Shown here: positions 10,929 to 21,900 of the stretch, one piece after another
Position numbering within the stretch: position 1 is the stretch's first letter
How the letters are laid out: each line of letters begins with the position of its first letter
Origin: Caecitellus pseudoparvulus
Taxonomy: Eukaryota > Protista > Bigyra: Bicosoecida
Direction: 5' to 3'
DNA length: 64,000 nucleotides
Assembly: GCA_965644315.1 (NCBI GenBank)
Contig: CBFFRQ010000048.1
Span: 97,252 to 161,251 of the forward strand
The notes under the pieces: generated by a model
What the model saw: the letters and a program-made list of their open reading frames with translations, nothing else
Database searches by the model: none
Told to the model about the DNA's origin: nothing
Position numbers and translations under genes: made by a program

Positions 10929-13900
10929 TCATTGCTCAGACTGAAGAAGCAGGGCCAAACTTGCTGACATGGTTAACACGGGGGTGCAAGGAGGCACCTT
11001 GCGCAGCCACGTCAGGTCGGGTGCCTCCGGCAACATGCTAGCCTCTGCAGGCGGCGCCGAAGCTGCCCCACTTCCCCCTCCCACGCCCCCTGCAGCCCCG
11101 CTCAAGCTTGACACTTCCGGCGTTGGAGCAGCGGCGGGGCGTTCTGTGGTAGGCGCTGGCGCAGGAGCACTGCCGCCCAACAGTGCATCCAGCGCATCTA
11201 AATCCAAACCTGGCGTGGTCTCTGCCCCTGCAGCAGCTGGCAGAGTCTCTGGGCCAGGCTCTGGGGCACCACCGGGGCCAGCGAAGTCGCCAAAATCATC
11301 GTCAGAGCCTTCATCTGGCTGAGTTGCAGGGGTTTGCTCGCTTTGCGACGGTCTAGCAGACTCGTCTTGGTGGGGCGGCGCATGGACCGCCACACCAGCC
11401 TCCGTCCCAGACGCAGCCACGGTGCCGCCAGCCTCGTCAGGCAAGGCATCGCCAGTGATGCTTTGGTTTCCAGAAGTACCTGTGTCTGCTGGAATGGTGA
11501 CGGCCTCTTCAGCAGCTGGAGGCTTTGTGCTGGGCAGGGTCTGGCCCGCCGCCTCAGTTGCCTTTCCAGTCGGTGGCCGACTCACCGGAGCCGCAGCTGC
11601 AGCAGGCCGAGCTGACGGGCTGGGACCCTTGGGCAGCCGCACAACATGTTGCTGCAGCTTCTTGCTCAGCTGGGCGTGGAAGTGGCGCTGCACCTTCTCA
11701 GGAGCAGCGATGCGCAGAGCTGGAGTGGCCACGGTGGGCTGTTCCTCCCGAGGTCCGTGCAGAACGCTGACTGTATCGGGAAGCCAAAGAGCGAGCAAAT
11801 CCGCCCAGGACTGTCCGGGAGCTGAGCCGGGCACATTTCCACTGCCGCCACTGCCATGCGTCACCTCGCCCCCGCCCTCCACACCACCCCTGCCCCCGTC
11901 ACCACCCTGCCCCCCCTCCGCAAAGTCACCGAAGTCATCCCCCTCATCCCCCTCATCAGCCTCACCATCGCCACCACCGCCACTGCCGCCACTGCCATGC
12001 GTCACCTCGCCCCCGCCCTCCACACCACCACTGCCCCCGTCACCGCCCTGCCCCCCCTCCGCAAAGTCACCGAAGTCATCCCCCTCATCCCCCTCATCAG
12101 CCCCACCACCGCCACTGCCGCCACTGCCATGCGTCACCTCGCCCCCGCCCTCCACACCACCACTGCCCCCGTCACCGGCCTGCCCCCCCTCCGCAAAGTC
12201 ACCGAAGTCATCCCCCTCATCCCCCTCATCCTCCTCATCACCACCACCGCCACTGCCGCCACTGCCATGCGTCACCTCGCCCCCGCCCTCCACACCACCA
12301 CTGCCCCCGTCACCGCCCTGCCCCCCCTCCGCAAAGTCACCGAAGTCATCCCCCTCATCCCCCTCATCCTCCTCATCACCACCACCGCCACTGCCGCCAC
12401 TGCCGCCACTGCCATGCGTCACCTCGCCCCCGCCCTCCACACCACCACTGCCCCCGTCACCGCCCTGCCCCCCCTCCGCAAAGTCACCGAAGTCATCCCC
12501 CTCATCCTCCTCATCAGCCCCACCACCGCCACTGCCGCCACTGCCATGCGTCACCTCGCCCCCGCCCTCCACACCACCACTGCCCCCGTCACCGCCCTGC
12601 CCCCCCTCCGCAAAGTCACCGAAGTCATCCCCCTCATCCCCCTCATCACCACCACCGCCACTGCCGCCACTGCCGCCACTGCCATGCGTCACCTCGCCCC
12701 CGCCCTCCACACCACCACTGCCCCCGTCACCGCCCTGCCCCCCCTCCGCAAAGTCACCGAAGTCATCCCCCTCATCCCCCTCATCCTCCTCATCAGCCCC
12801 ACCACCGCCACTGCCGCCACTGCCGCCACTGCCATGCGTCACCTCGCCCCCGCCCTCCACACCACCACTGCCCCCGTCACCGCCCTGCCCCCCCTCCGCA
12901 AAGTCACCGAAGTCATCCCCCTCATCCCCCTCATCAGCCCCACCACCACCACCACCGCCACTGCCGCCACTGCCATGCGTCACCTCGCCCCCGCCCTCCA
13001 CACCACCACTGCCCCCGTCACCGCCCTGCCCCCCCTCCGCAAAGTCACCGAAGTCATCCCCCTCATCCCCCTCATCAGCCCCACCACCGCCACTGCCGCC
13101 ACTGCCATGCGTCACCTCGCCCCCGCCCTCCACACCACCACTGCCCCCGTCACCGCCCTGCCCCCCCTCCGCAAAGTCACCGAAGTCATCCCCCTCATCC
13201 CCCTCATCACCACCACCGCCACTGCCGCCACTGCCATGCGTCACCTCGCCCCCGCCCTCCACACCACCACTGCCCCCGTCACCGCCCTGCCCCCCCTCCG
13301 CAAAGTCACCGAAGTCATCCCCCTCATCCCCCTCATCCCCCTCATCACCGCCACTGCCGCCACTGCCATGCGTCACCTCGCCCCCGCCCTCCACACCACC
13401 ACTGCCCCCGTCACCGCCCTGCCCCCCCTCCGCAAAGTCACCGAAGTCATCCCCCTCATCCCCCTCATCAGCCCCACCACCGCCACTGCCGCCACTGCCA
13501 TGCGTCACCTCGCCCCCGCCCTCCACACCACCACTGCCCCCGTCACCGCCCTGCCCCCCCTCCGCAAAGTCACCGAAGTCATCCCCCTCATCCCCCTCAT
13601 CCTCCTCATCACCACCACCGCCACTGCCGCCACTGCCATGCGTCACCTCGCCCCCGCCCTCCACACCACCACTGCCCCCGTCACCGCCCTGCCCCCCCTC
13701 CGCAAAGTCACCGAAGTCATCCCCCTCATCCCCCTCATCAGCCCCACCACCGCCACTGCCGCCACTGCCATGCGTCACCTCGCCCCCGCCCTCCACACCA
13801 CCACTGCCCCCGTCACCGCCCTGCCCCCCCTCCGCAAAGTCACCGAAGTCATCCTCCTCATCCCCCTCATCCCCCTCATCACCACCACCGCCACTGCCGC

Positions 13901-14528
13901 CACTGCCGCCACTGCCATGCGTCACCTCGCCCCCGCCCTCCACACCACCACTGCCCCCGTCACCGCCCTGCCCCCCCTCCGCAAAGTCACCGAAGTCATC
14001 CCCCTCATCCCCCTCATCCTCCTCATCACCACCACCGCCACCGCCACTGCCGCCACTGCCATGCGTCACCTCGCCCCCGCCCTCCACACCACCACTGCCC
14101 CCGTCACCGCCCTGCCCCCCCTCCGCAAAGTCACCGAAGTCATCCCCCTCATCCCCCTCATCCTCCTCATCACCACCACCACCACCGCCACTGCCGCCAC
14201 TGCCGCCACTGCCAGAGTCATCATGTCCAGGCACCTGTGTCTCGCTATTCTGACCTGGTGCCGAGTCACAAGACTCTCGCTTGTGCTGCAAATTACTAGT
14301 CTGACTGTCTGATACACCAGCGGATCCTGTACTGAGACTGTCAGTCACAGCCAGAGCTGGCGTGTCCACGCCATGCATGGCTTCATCTGCCTCATGGTCA
14401 GATACTTGCGCTAGTCCATCCTCAGGTGCCGAGGAACCCGGGCTTTCCAAGGTTTTCTCAGTGCCTCCAGAAGAACCATGTTCGGAAGAGTCGCCTTCTT
14501 CGTGCGATGAGCTGGGTGCCTCAGCCAT
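10929..14528 (-). CDS. Aftiphilin/synergin-like AP-1 (gamma-ear/GAE) accessory protein with 18 DDFGDF motifs
   Basis: 17 tandem DDFGDF motifs plus one DDDFGDF near 11290 match the GAE-binding DFGxO consensus; acidic disordered composition; C-terminal LPEAPDLTWL resembles the aftiphilin-type LPDLxxM end (family call is inference). Confidence 0.65.
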   Translation of the reverse strand: MAEAPSSSHEEGDSSEHGSSGGTEKTLESPGSSAPEDGLAQVSDHEADEAMHGVDTPALAVTDSLSTGSAGVSDSQTSNLQHKRESCDSAPGQNSETQVPGHDDSGSGGSGGSGGGGGGDEEDEGDEGDDFGDFAEGGQGGDGGSGGVEGGGEVTHGSGGSGGGGGGDEEDEGDEGDDFGDFAEGGQGGDGGSGGVEGGGEVTHGSGGSGGSGGGGDEGDEGDEEDDFGDFAEGGQGGDGGSGGVEGGGEVTHGSGGSGGGGADEGDEGDDFGDFAEGGQGGDGGSGGVEGGGEVTHGSGGSGGGGDEEDEGDEGDDFGDFAEGGQGGDGGSGGVEGGGEVTHGSGGSGGGGADEGDEGDDFGDFAEGGQGGDGGSGGVEGGGEVTHGSGGSGGDEGDEGDEGDDFGDFAEGGQGGDGGSGGVEGGGEVTHGSGGSGGGGDEGDEGDDFGDFAEGGQGGDGGSGGVEGGGEVTHGSGGSGGGGADEGDEGDDFGDFAEGGQGGDGGSGGVEGGGEVTHGSGGSGGGGGGGADEGDEGDDFGDFAEGGQGGDGGSGGVEGGGEVTHGSGGSGGSGGGGADEEDEGDEGDDFGDFAEGGQGGDGGSGGVEGGGEVTHGSGGSGGSGGGGDEGDEGDDFGDFAEGGQGGDGGSGGVEGGGEVTHGSGGSGGGGADEEDEGDDFGDFAEGGQGGDGGSGGVEGGGEVTHGSGGSGGSGGGGDEEDEGDEGDDFGDFAEGGQGGDGGSGGVEGGGEVTHGSGGSGGGGDEEDEGDEGDDFGDFAEGGQAGDGGSGGVEGGGEVTHGSGGSGGGGADEGDEGDDFGDFAEGGQGGDGGSGGVEGGGEVTHGSGGSGGGGDGEADEGDEGDDFGDFAEGGQGGDGGRGGVEGGGEVTHGSGGSGNVPGSAPGQSWADLLALWLPDTVSVLHGPREEQPTVATPALRIAAPEKVQRHFHAQLSKKLQQHVVRLPKGPSPSARPAAAAAPVSRPPTGKATEAAGQTLPSTKPPAAEEAVTIPADTGTSGNQSITGDALPDEAGGTVAASGTEAGVAVHAPPHQDESARPSQSEQTPATQPDEGSDDDFGDFAGPGGAPEPGPETLPAAAGAETTPGLDLDALDALLGGSAPAPAPTTERPAAAPTPEVSSLSGAAGGVGGGSGAASAPPAEASMLPEAPDLTWLRKVPPCTPVLTMSASLALLLQSEQ
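11840..14215. repeat. Coding minisatellite, 17 copies of a ~130-150 bp unit
   Basis: aagtcaccgaagtc counted 17 times between ~11920 and ~14140; near-invariant core, length variation only in in-frame 3- and 9-nt sub-repeats. Confidence 0.95.
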
Positions 14529-14907
14529 GGTCTTGGCCACTGCCCAAGTTTGTGCAGGGAGCACGGGCTAATTCCGCAGCCGACAAGGCCACCTTGGAGC
14601 GAAGAGATGCACCTAGAACCGGCACGAGCCTTGTCAAGCAGCATTGCAAGCAAACACTCCACCTGCATGAAACTGCTTCACGCACACGTCTTGAAAGTAT
14701 TCGCAGTGTGAGTGGGCCACCACTTGGTGGTGGCTTGAGCAAAGCTCTCCGGGCACACAAACATGCACAAGGCACTCGGTGATGAACGGTTCGCAGACAT
14801 GAAGAGTACATTAATCGATACAAGACACATCAAAGCCCGAGTGTTCTGCCTGCCAAGCCTCCATGGAGCATTCCGGGGTCGCCCTGCGCAGCGCAGCCAG
14901 TCGCTTC

Positions 14908-16305
14908 TCACACAAAGTGCAGCCACCAGGGAAGTCCCCACCAAGACAGCCGCCCCGCCGCAACCTCTGCCAGCACAGCCACCGCGGCATGTTTCTTCAC
15001 TGGAGTTGCGTAGCCGATTGCGTGTGCTGCCCAGTCCCCCCACTGCCAGCGACCAGGCCCCCAATTGGACGTGTAGCCGTTCATGCCCATGCACGTGGGC
15101 AGCACCCGCACGTGCATGGGGTGGGACTGCAAGTTCAGGTAGCTGTTGTAGGACACTTGGTCTCTGGCCCCATGCCTGGGCTTGAGGAAGACTATGGACA
15201 GCTTGGACTTGACCCAGTCAGTGGAAGCTGCTAGCAGCACTCCCGAGTTCAGACCGAAGCCGCTCGCTCCGTTGTCGGAGCTGGCAATGAAGTGAGGCAC
15301 TGAGGAGACGACGGCGCCGTCCAGCACCCGCCCTTGGCGCAGGGCGGCAAAGACAGCCTCATGCCGCGCAGGAGCCCAGTCACCGTGAGAGCAGTCTTGT
15401 GGGTGCTGCCTGTCCTGGGTAATGGCGCCCACGGCGTTGCGGTGGGAGCACAGGCCGAAGATGAAGCTCTCCACGCCCACTTCGGGCCGAGCAAGGACGG
15501 CGTCCGCGTCCACCCACAGCACCCACTTGGGCGGAGGGCTTAGCTGCGCCTCGAACAGGACGTGGTACATGAGGGCTGTCTTGCCCCACACCCTTGAGCG
15601 GCCAGAGAGGTCCGCCTGGGCCACGAGGGGGCTAGTGGCGTTCCACTCCTCGATCGCAGCGCTGCCGAACAGTTCTCGGGAGGTGACGAAGCTGTACCCG
15701 TGCCGTGTGGCGAAGGAGTGGCGGAGGTCGACGAGGGTCGCCTCCATGCCGGGGGCGTACCCCTCAGCGTGGAAGAGCACGTACACAGAGGCTGGATCGA
15801 ACTGCAGCAGGGCTCGCTGCTCTGGTGTGACGGTGTGCGTGGTGTAGGGGCAGGGGCGCAGGCCTGCCACCTGCTGCAGGCGCAGTGTGAACGCCAAGAC
15901 AACGGCCCAGTACAAGGCAAACACGGCAGTGGAGAGGAGCAGCAGGGGCTTGCTTAATCCCTGTGGAGGCACGCGCCACAGGGACAAGAGCGGGCTGCTT
16001 GCGCGCCGGGTGGGGCTGGGTAGGAGGCTGGGCAGTGTGTCTGAGCGTGGGCCAGGGGAGGTCCAGTAGTGCGTGGCCACCAGCTGCAGCACACAGTGCC
16101 CCAGCAAGACTGCAGCTGGGATGCGCAGGGCCAGGGCTGCTCCAGCGCCACAGAAAATGCATGTGTCGCCGAGGATGTTCCAAGTGCCAACGGCGAAAGA
16201 CCACCAGAGTGCTGCCGCGCACCACGTGGTCACAAGGGCACCCGTGAGCGCCACTGCGAGGGGGTGAGTGTACAGCCCAAGAAGAAGGTGAAGCTTGCTC
16301 GCCAT
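14908..16305 (-). CDS. Membrane-anchored glycosyltransferase, GT34 (GMA12/MNN10)-like
   Basis: FATRHGYSF, VWGKTALM, KWVLWVDADA (DxD), GLNSGVLL, DQVS; several N-terminal hydrophobic segments. Confidence 0.75.
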   Translation of the reverse strand: MASKLHLLLGLYTHPLAVALTGALVTTWCAAALWWSFAVGTWNILGDTCIFCGAGAALALRIPAAVLLGHCVLQLVATHYWTSPGPRSDTLPSLLPSPTRRASSPLLSLWRVPPQGLSKPLLLLSTAVFALYWAVVLAFTLRLQQVAGLRPCPYTTHTVTPEQRALLQFDPASVYVLFHAEGYAPGMEATLVDLRHSFATRHGYSFVTSRELFGSAAIEEWNATSPLVAQADLSGRSRVWGKTALMYHVLFEAQLSPPPKWVLWVDADAVLARPEVGVESFIFGLCSHRNAVGAITQDRQHPQDCSHGDWAPARHEAVFAALRQGRVLDGAVVSSVPHFIASSDNGASGFGLNSGVLLAASTDWVKSKLSIVFLKPRHGARDQVSYNSYLNLQSHPMHVRVLPTCMGMNGYTSNWGPGRWQWGDWAAHAIGYATPVKKHAAVAVLAEVAAGRLSWWGLPWWLHFV

Positions 16306-16908
16306 TCCTACGGAAAGGCCTCTTCAGGCCACAAGGAGTGAGCAGCAGCGGGGGTGGCGAGGGGTGTGCTGCCGAGCACAAGCATGCGGAATTGAGTCTT
16401 CAGTCCCGGACTCCGCTATCCTGCTGGAAAGCAACGCAGTTGCACTTGACAAAGCGCAGCGAAAAAGTGAAACGATTTTCGTTCAGCACAGGGTGCTCGG
16501 GTGGCGCTGGGCTGCTGTGATGGGACACAAAACAGTGAGCCTCGATTCCAACTCTCAGCGAGCAGTGTGCCTTTCGAAGGCGCGTGCTCACAGCAGGCCC
16601 CTGGCAGTGGGGGTCCAGCCACGGACCAAGCCCTGCGACTACCTTGGGCACACGCCAAGAAGTCAGGGTTTTTGTGAAGCGCAGCGTGTGCTGCATGGCA
16701 CCACGTCGCGCTGGGCAGTTGAGCTGGCTCACTAAGCAGCTCCCAAGCGCAACCATACTGAGCTCAGTCTGGATTTTCGGCGGCTCACAGCAAATCATCT
16801 CTCAATACATCACCCCCATGCACCCGATCTCAGCTCCGCGCTGTTCCACCTCTGCGCTGTGCTTCGTGCAAGGCTTGGGCAGCTGGGTGTGGTTCCAATT
16901 TCCGCACC

Positions 16909-18894
16909 ATGTCGGGCGGCAGGCCCACGCTGCCGCCTCCATGGCAGATGCACATCTCCAGGTCGTCGGGGAAGAAGTACTACTTCAACCCAACAAATGG
17001 GCAGTCGACGTACGTGTTCCAGGAGGTGCTGGATGCAGTGGCGAGCGCGTCCAGACCGCCGCAGGCAGCCAGCATTCCTGCACCAGCAGGCTCCAGGCCA
17101 GCCCCCCTTGTCATGGCTGCATCGGCGGGTGGGGCGAGTGGGGCCACGGTGACACACGCGCCATCCTTGGCAAGGAGCACGTCACAGGATTCAAGCGCAC
17201 CTGTGGCAACGGGTGTGGGCCAGGCTGCGCAGGCAAGTGCACGGGTGGCTTCGCAGTATGACAAGCTGGAGTCGCAGACTGCTGCGGAGCGGCAGGCCAG
17301 CCGGATTTACTTCTTGCGGGCGTTCAACAACTGGATCAAGGCGTCCCTCATCGTCACCAGTGTCCCTGCAGACTGCTCCTCTGTCCTGGACCTGGCTTGT
17401 GGCAAGCTGGGCGACATGGGCAAGTGGCGGCAGCAGGGCGTGAAGCTGTACACGGGCATTGACATCAGCATGCAGCAGCTGCAGGAGGCGGCGGAGCGAT
17501 TTAACTCCGCCACGCAGCGCATCAAGCGCGGCCTGCAGCAGGCGCGTGCAGCAGGGCAGGAAGCCCGTATGCAGGAGCAACGCAAGCAGCTGTTTCAGCT
17601 GCGCCTGCTGCAGGCCGACCTAGGTGTGGTGGACCTGGACAGCATGGGCGTGCTGAGCGACCGATTCACGTCTGCTGGCTGTGCAGACAAGGATCGGGAG
17701 GTGTTCAATGTCGTGTCTATGCAGTTTGCGCTGCACTACCTGTTCGCGACAGAAGCTCGTGCTGTGCAGTTTTTCCGCTTTCTCGGTGCGCGCACGAAGC
17801 GCAACGGCGTGTTCATGGGCACCATTCCCGACGCCAATGTCCTGGTGCGGCGCCTGCGGGGCTTGAAGCCTGGCGAGACGTCTTTCGGCAACAGCATTTT
17901 TCGAGTCACTGCGCCGCAAAGCAGCTTGGATCGGCTGAACGCGCTGGGCATGAACCCCTTCGGGCTGAAGTACACGTTCTGGCTGGATGCTCAAGTGGAG
18001 AGCATTGACGAGTACCTGGTTCCGTGGCCGCTCCTGGTTCGCTTGGCTCGCATGGCTGGCTTTCGCCCTGTGTTGCGCCACAACTTCCACGCGTTCTACG
18101 AAACGCTCATGCACTCGCGGGCCAAGAGCTCCGCAGCTGCCAAGAAGCTCCTAACGAAAATGATACAAGGAAAAGACGACGCGACGGGCCAGACCGGGCT
18201 GTCGTCCGATGAGTGGGAGGCCGCTGGCATGTACATGGTGTTTGCCTTTCGCAAGGTGGGCCCCGTCGCGCCTGAGCTGCCCATTGCCCCACGCCCAGCG
18301 CCACCGGCAGAAGTGGAAATTCCTGAGAACATCCGCGACCGCGTTGAGGCGGAGGCCGCATGTGGGTTCGACAAAGCGGCTTCCTTCGCAGAGTTGCCGA
18401 AGGTTCCTGTGCCACGCAGCGGCCGGGAACTGTTCTCTTGGCCAGCCGGCCAAGATCGCCACAGCATCCCCTACGCGGACCATGTGGAGCCATCCAGCAT
18501 CATGGACGCATCAAGGGCTTGCTTGGACGCCTGGCGCAGCGTGCTGGCCGCCCGCTCCCAGGCGGTGGAGTTGGGCCTGGCAGACGAGGCGGGGAGCGAC
18601 ACCGAGCAGCCAGGGCACGGCCAGGGCTCGGAAGAAGAAGCCAGCGAAGCGGCTGCCATCGCAGCTGCAGCGGCAGTGTCGAGCGGGGCTGCCAGTGGTG
18701 GTCGCAAGCGAAGCAAGGGCAAGTCGGGCTCAGGCACGGGGGCTACGGAAGCTGAGATGGCTGAGGCTGAGGCGGTGCTGGCAGAGTTGCAGGGCGGGGA
18801 GGGCCTGGGTGACGACGAGGAGGACGAAGTTGGCGCGTACGCCGCCATGGTGCAGGCAGGAGAGGAGGAGGAGGATGACTTTGACCTTGGCTGA
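16909..18894 (+). CDS. RNMT: mRNA cap guanine-N7 methyltransferase with N-terminal WW domain
   Basis: SRIYFLRAFNNWIKASLI, VLDLACGKLGDMGKW, YTGIDIS, SMQFALHY, FMGTIPDA, FGLKYTFWL, EYLVPW; N-terminal LPPPWQMHISRSSGKKYYFNPTNGQSTY. Confidence 0.92.
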   Translation: MSGGRPTLPPPWQMHISRSSGKKYYFNPTNGQSTYVFQEVLDAVASASRPPQAASIPAPAGSRPAPLVMAASAGGASGATVTHAPSLARSTSQDSSAPVATGVGQAAQASARVASQYDKLESQTAAERQASRIYFLRAFNNWIKASLIVTSVPADCSSVLDLACGKLGDMGKWRQQGVKLYTGIDISMQQLQEAAERFNSATQRIKRGLQQARAAGQEARMQEQRKQLFQLRLLQADLGVVDLDSMGVLSDRFTSAGCADKDREVFNVVSMQFALHYLFATEARAVQFFRFLGARTKRNGVFMGTIPDANVLVRRLRGLKPGETSFGNSIFRVTAPQSSLDRLNALGMNPFGLKYTFWLDAQVESIDEYLVPWPLLVRLARMAGFRPVLRHNFHAFYETLMHSRAKSSAAAKKLLTKMIQGKDDATGQTGLSSDEWEAAGMYMVFAFRKVGPVAPELPIAPRPAPPAEVEIPENIRDRVEAEAACGFDKAASFAELPKVPVPRSGRELFSWPAGQDRHSIPYADHVEPSSIMDASRACLDAWRSVLAARSQAVELGLADEAGSDTEQPGHGQGSEEEASEAAAIAAAAAVSSGAASGGRKRSKGKSGSGTGATEAEMAEAEAVLAELQGGEGLGDDEEDEVGAYAAMVQAGEEEEDDFDLG

Positions 18895-18998
18895 GGCAGA
18901 TGGTGTGCAGTGTCGTTGCGGACCCAATTCACCAATGGAACTGGCCATGGCCCTGCGAGGTGCCTTGCAGGCAGGGCGCAGGCTTGGTGTGGTCCAGC

Positions 18999-21900
18999 AT
19001 GGCGGCAGTGTCTGCGCCGCTGGCTGAGGCCAGCGCATTGCTGGCTCGAGGGCTGCCTGCCTTGGTGAGACAGGACATGCTGCAGCTCACGCAGGCCTGT
19101 CGTAGGTTTGTGCATGGCTGGCTGAGCAAAGGGGCAGGCTGCATGGAAGGAATGACCACTGCAACTACAGTTCAACACGTCATGCAAGGCGTGCGGGCTT
19201 CCCTGCGGCTGTGCGTCAGGGGTTGGTGGGAGGCTGCCTCGGTCGCAGCGACTGCCTCTGCGCAACACCTTGTCACCGCCTGCGCCAAGGAGCACCGCGT
19301 GCTGGTCGACACGCTGTTGCTGTGTATCACATGCATGTGCAGTGACGCAGCTCTTGCGGATGCCTTCGTGGCAGTGGGGGGCGTTGGCGTCGTCGCTTCA
19401 GCGCTCCGCACTGCGGTGTTTGAGGCCGAGCTGGTGCTGCAGGCTCCGTGGCTGGCCATGTCCTGCTCGCCAAGTCAGCTTGTGCGGGGGTCCCCAGATG
19501 CCATCATCGCGCCCATTATCACTCTCAGCGAGCGCTCAGCTTCTAGGCACACGTTCTTTCTGCCCAGCTCGGCGAGCGCCCCCGTCGCTGTCCGGCTCGC
19601 AGCGCAGTCTGCTGGAGTCACAGGGACGCTGCACCGCAGTTTAGTTGCCTTGCAAGCACTCTTGAGCGGGGATCAGGGCGCAGCTTTTGTCGTGGAGCAC
19701 GCGGACTCCAGTCTGCACGCTGGAAGGGCCCGCCTGGAGGTGTTGCAGGCTGCCCACAGAGCTGTGAACGCTGCGAGGGGTGCTTTGTCCGGGGGCGTGC
19801 CAAAGTCAGCGGGGATGGCAGGGCCGCTAGCACAGGCACCAGAAAGTGAGAAGGGCGTCTCAGACTCGGAAAGCGAGGTGTCCCACGCTCAGGGCGCCCC
19901 TGTGTGGGTCTTCCCAGATGGGCAGAGCCGGTACATGCGCGACCCCGTTCGACTGAGCAGCCAAGAGGCTGTGCACGCGCCCAAGCGAGTGCCCGCACGT
20001 CTGGGCCCAGGCAGCGAGTCATGGACGTGGTCCCCTGTTCGCTGCCCGATGATGGCAGCACCCATCACGCTGTCCCCGCCAGACTTGTTGGAGTTACTGG
20101 AAGGTGTGGAGGATGTGCCTGAGGCTGACTTGGCTGCAGCCAAGGCAGCTGCGAAGGCACACTCGCTCGAGAGCACACGCGCCTCAAGTGGGTGTTGCGA
20201 CCTTACTTTGACCCTCTCCCGGGTGGTGCGCCTGTGGCACACGGCTTGGAACATGCCTGACATGCGGTGCAGGCTGCTGCGCACGCCAGCGACAGTTTCT
20301 GTCGGACAAGCCCCCGAGCTACCGCCAGATCAAGGCTCCAACTTTCGACTGGGCCTGCAAGGTGTGATGATGTGTGCAACACTCGCACAGTCAGTGCCCG
20401 CCTTTGCCTCGGACGCGCAAGCTGCGATTCCCGCGGAGGTGGACAGCGTGTTGCGCGCGAGCTGTTCCTTCTCTGCCTGGTTGCTCACGGGTGCCTCGCT
20501 GCACCTGCCAGCCGCCGCTGCGGGAGTGTGCTACATCCCGTCGTGGGTGGGCGGCGAGGACCTTGCGCTGGTGGACCAAGCCTCGCATTGGCGGGCTGTT
20601 TGCTGCGCCCTCGCTGACGGTGCTGCATCGTCCGTTTCAGCAGCGACGCTGGCCCTGACTTTGCTGTCCGCTATTTGTGAGGCACAGGGCGCCCCCAGCC
20701 AAGTCCCCATATCCACGGTGCTGTATGCCCCGACAGCTGTCATCGTTGAGCTCTTGCGCACTGCAGTTGGGGAGGGGCGTTCCCTCGCAGGTTGCCACGC
20801 GCTTCTGCAGTCCCCGCTGGCAGCTGCTGCCCTTCATGTGCTTGCAAGCGCTTCCAGCACGTGGACCGGCGCTTGGTCCATGGCAGCAACGTCAGTAGAC
20901 ACCCTCTGCTGTTCCGTCCTCCAGGTGGCGACAGATGCCCACGTGGGGGGCGGGCTGGGGGACACTCTGGAGGCGGCGGCGAGGCACAAGGAGCTGTACG
21001 ATCGCATTGCCAGTAGGTGGTCCCCTGGCAGCCCGTGGCAGGGCAGCGACCTGCACGCTGCTCGAGATGCACATGCTGCTGGAATGTTCACCTCAATCAC
21101 ATCGGCAGCTCGCCAGGGTGGGATGCGAGCAACCTGGCTGTTGCCAGCTCCACCGGCAGCCGCCCAGGGCCTCGCCCAGGGCGGCCTCGGGGCCATGACT
21201 GGTGGCGCAACGCTGGCCTCGGCGATGGCTGCATTCCTGGGCTCCAGTGTCGCATCCTGGGTTGTGGAGGGAACGCGCATGCTGGCGAACTACGTTCGAG
21301 GGAGCGTGTCCAGGGAAGGCGGCCTCGCGCAGGTGGCAACCCTGCCAGCCCTGCGGCAGTGGAGTCCGGCAGTGCTCCCTTGCCTCTCCGCAGTCCAGCC
21401 TGGGATGGCCCCTCTCCCTCGAGTCCTGCATGTGATCCACACTCTGTCCAACACGGCTGGCACCCCAGAAGGCGCCGTATCACTGGCTGTGGCGTCGGAC
21501 TCATGGTTGCCTGGCTTGCTGCAGAGCCTGGAGCTGTACATGTCCTTGTTTCAGCCGGGCAAAGCGCCAGCTGACTCCTTCCACTTGCAAGCCCCACTCC
21601 AGCCAAAGCGGCACAGGGGCGTTGCGCTCGGCAAAGCACACGTGGGCGAGGCTGTGCTGGACGGCGTGAGCTCAGTGCTGCTGAGCATGTCGCTCTTGGC
21701 CCCTCTCACGCCTCCGCAGGGAGCAGACCATGCCCAACCATGGCTGTTTTCTGAGTCAACAAGCGTGTTGCGAGCAGTCGTCATGGTGCTTTCCACAGCT
21801 GTGCCCCCAAGCCTGGCCAGGCTGCGGCTCATGTGCAAGGGTGCGAGGGATGGTGGCCTCACCGTGCAGTTTGCGGCACATGCGGGGTGCGTCTTGGACA

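Noticed and set aside
11840-14215. CRISPR-like repeat/spacer appearance
   Set aside because: The variable parts are slippage variants of the same triplets, not unique spacers; no cas genes; eukaryotic context.
11422-14312. 943-aa Pro/Ser extensin-like ORF and 818-aa Thr/Ala/Leu repeat ORF on the + strand
   Set aside because: Antisense shadows of the stop-free coding minisatellite. The minus frame extends furthest into unique flanks and carries a known functional motif that recurs outside the array.
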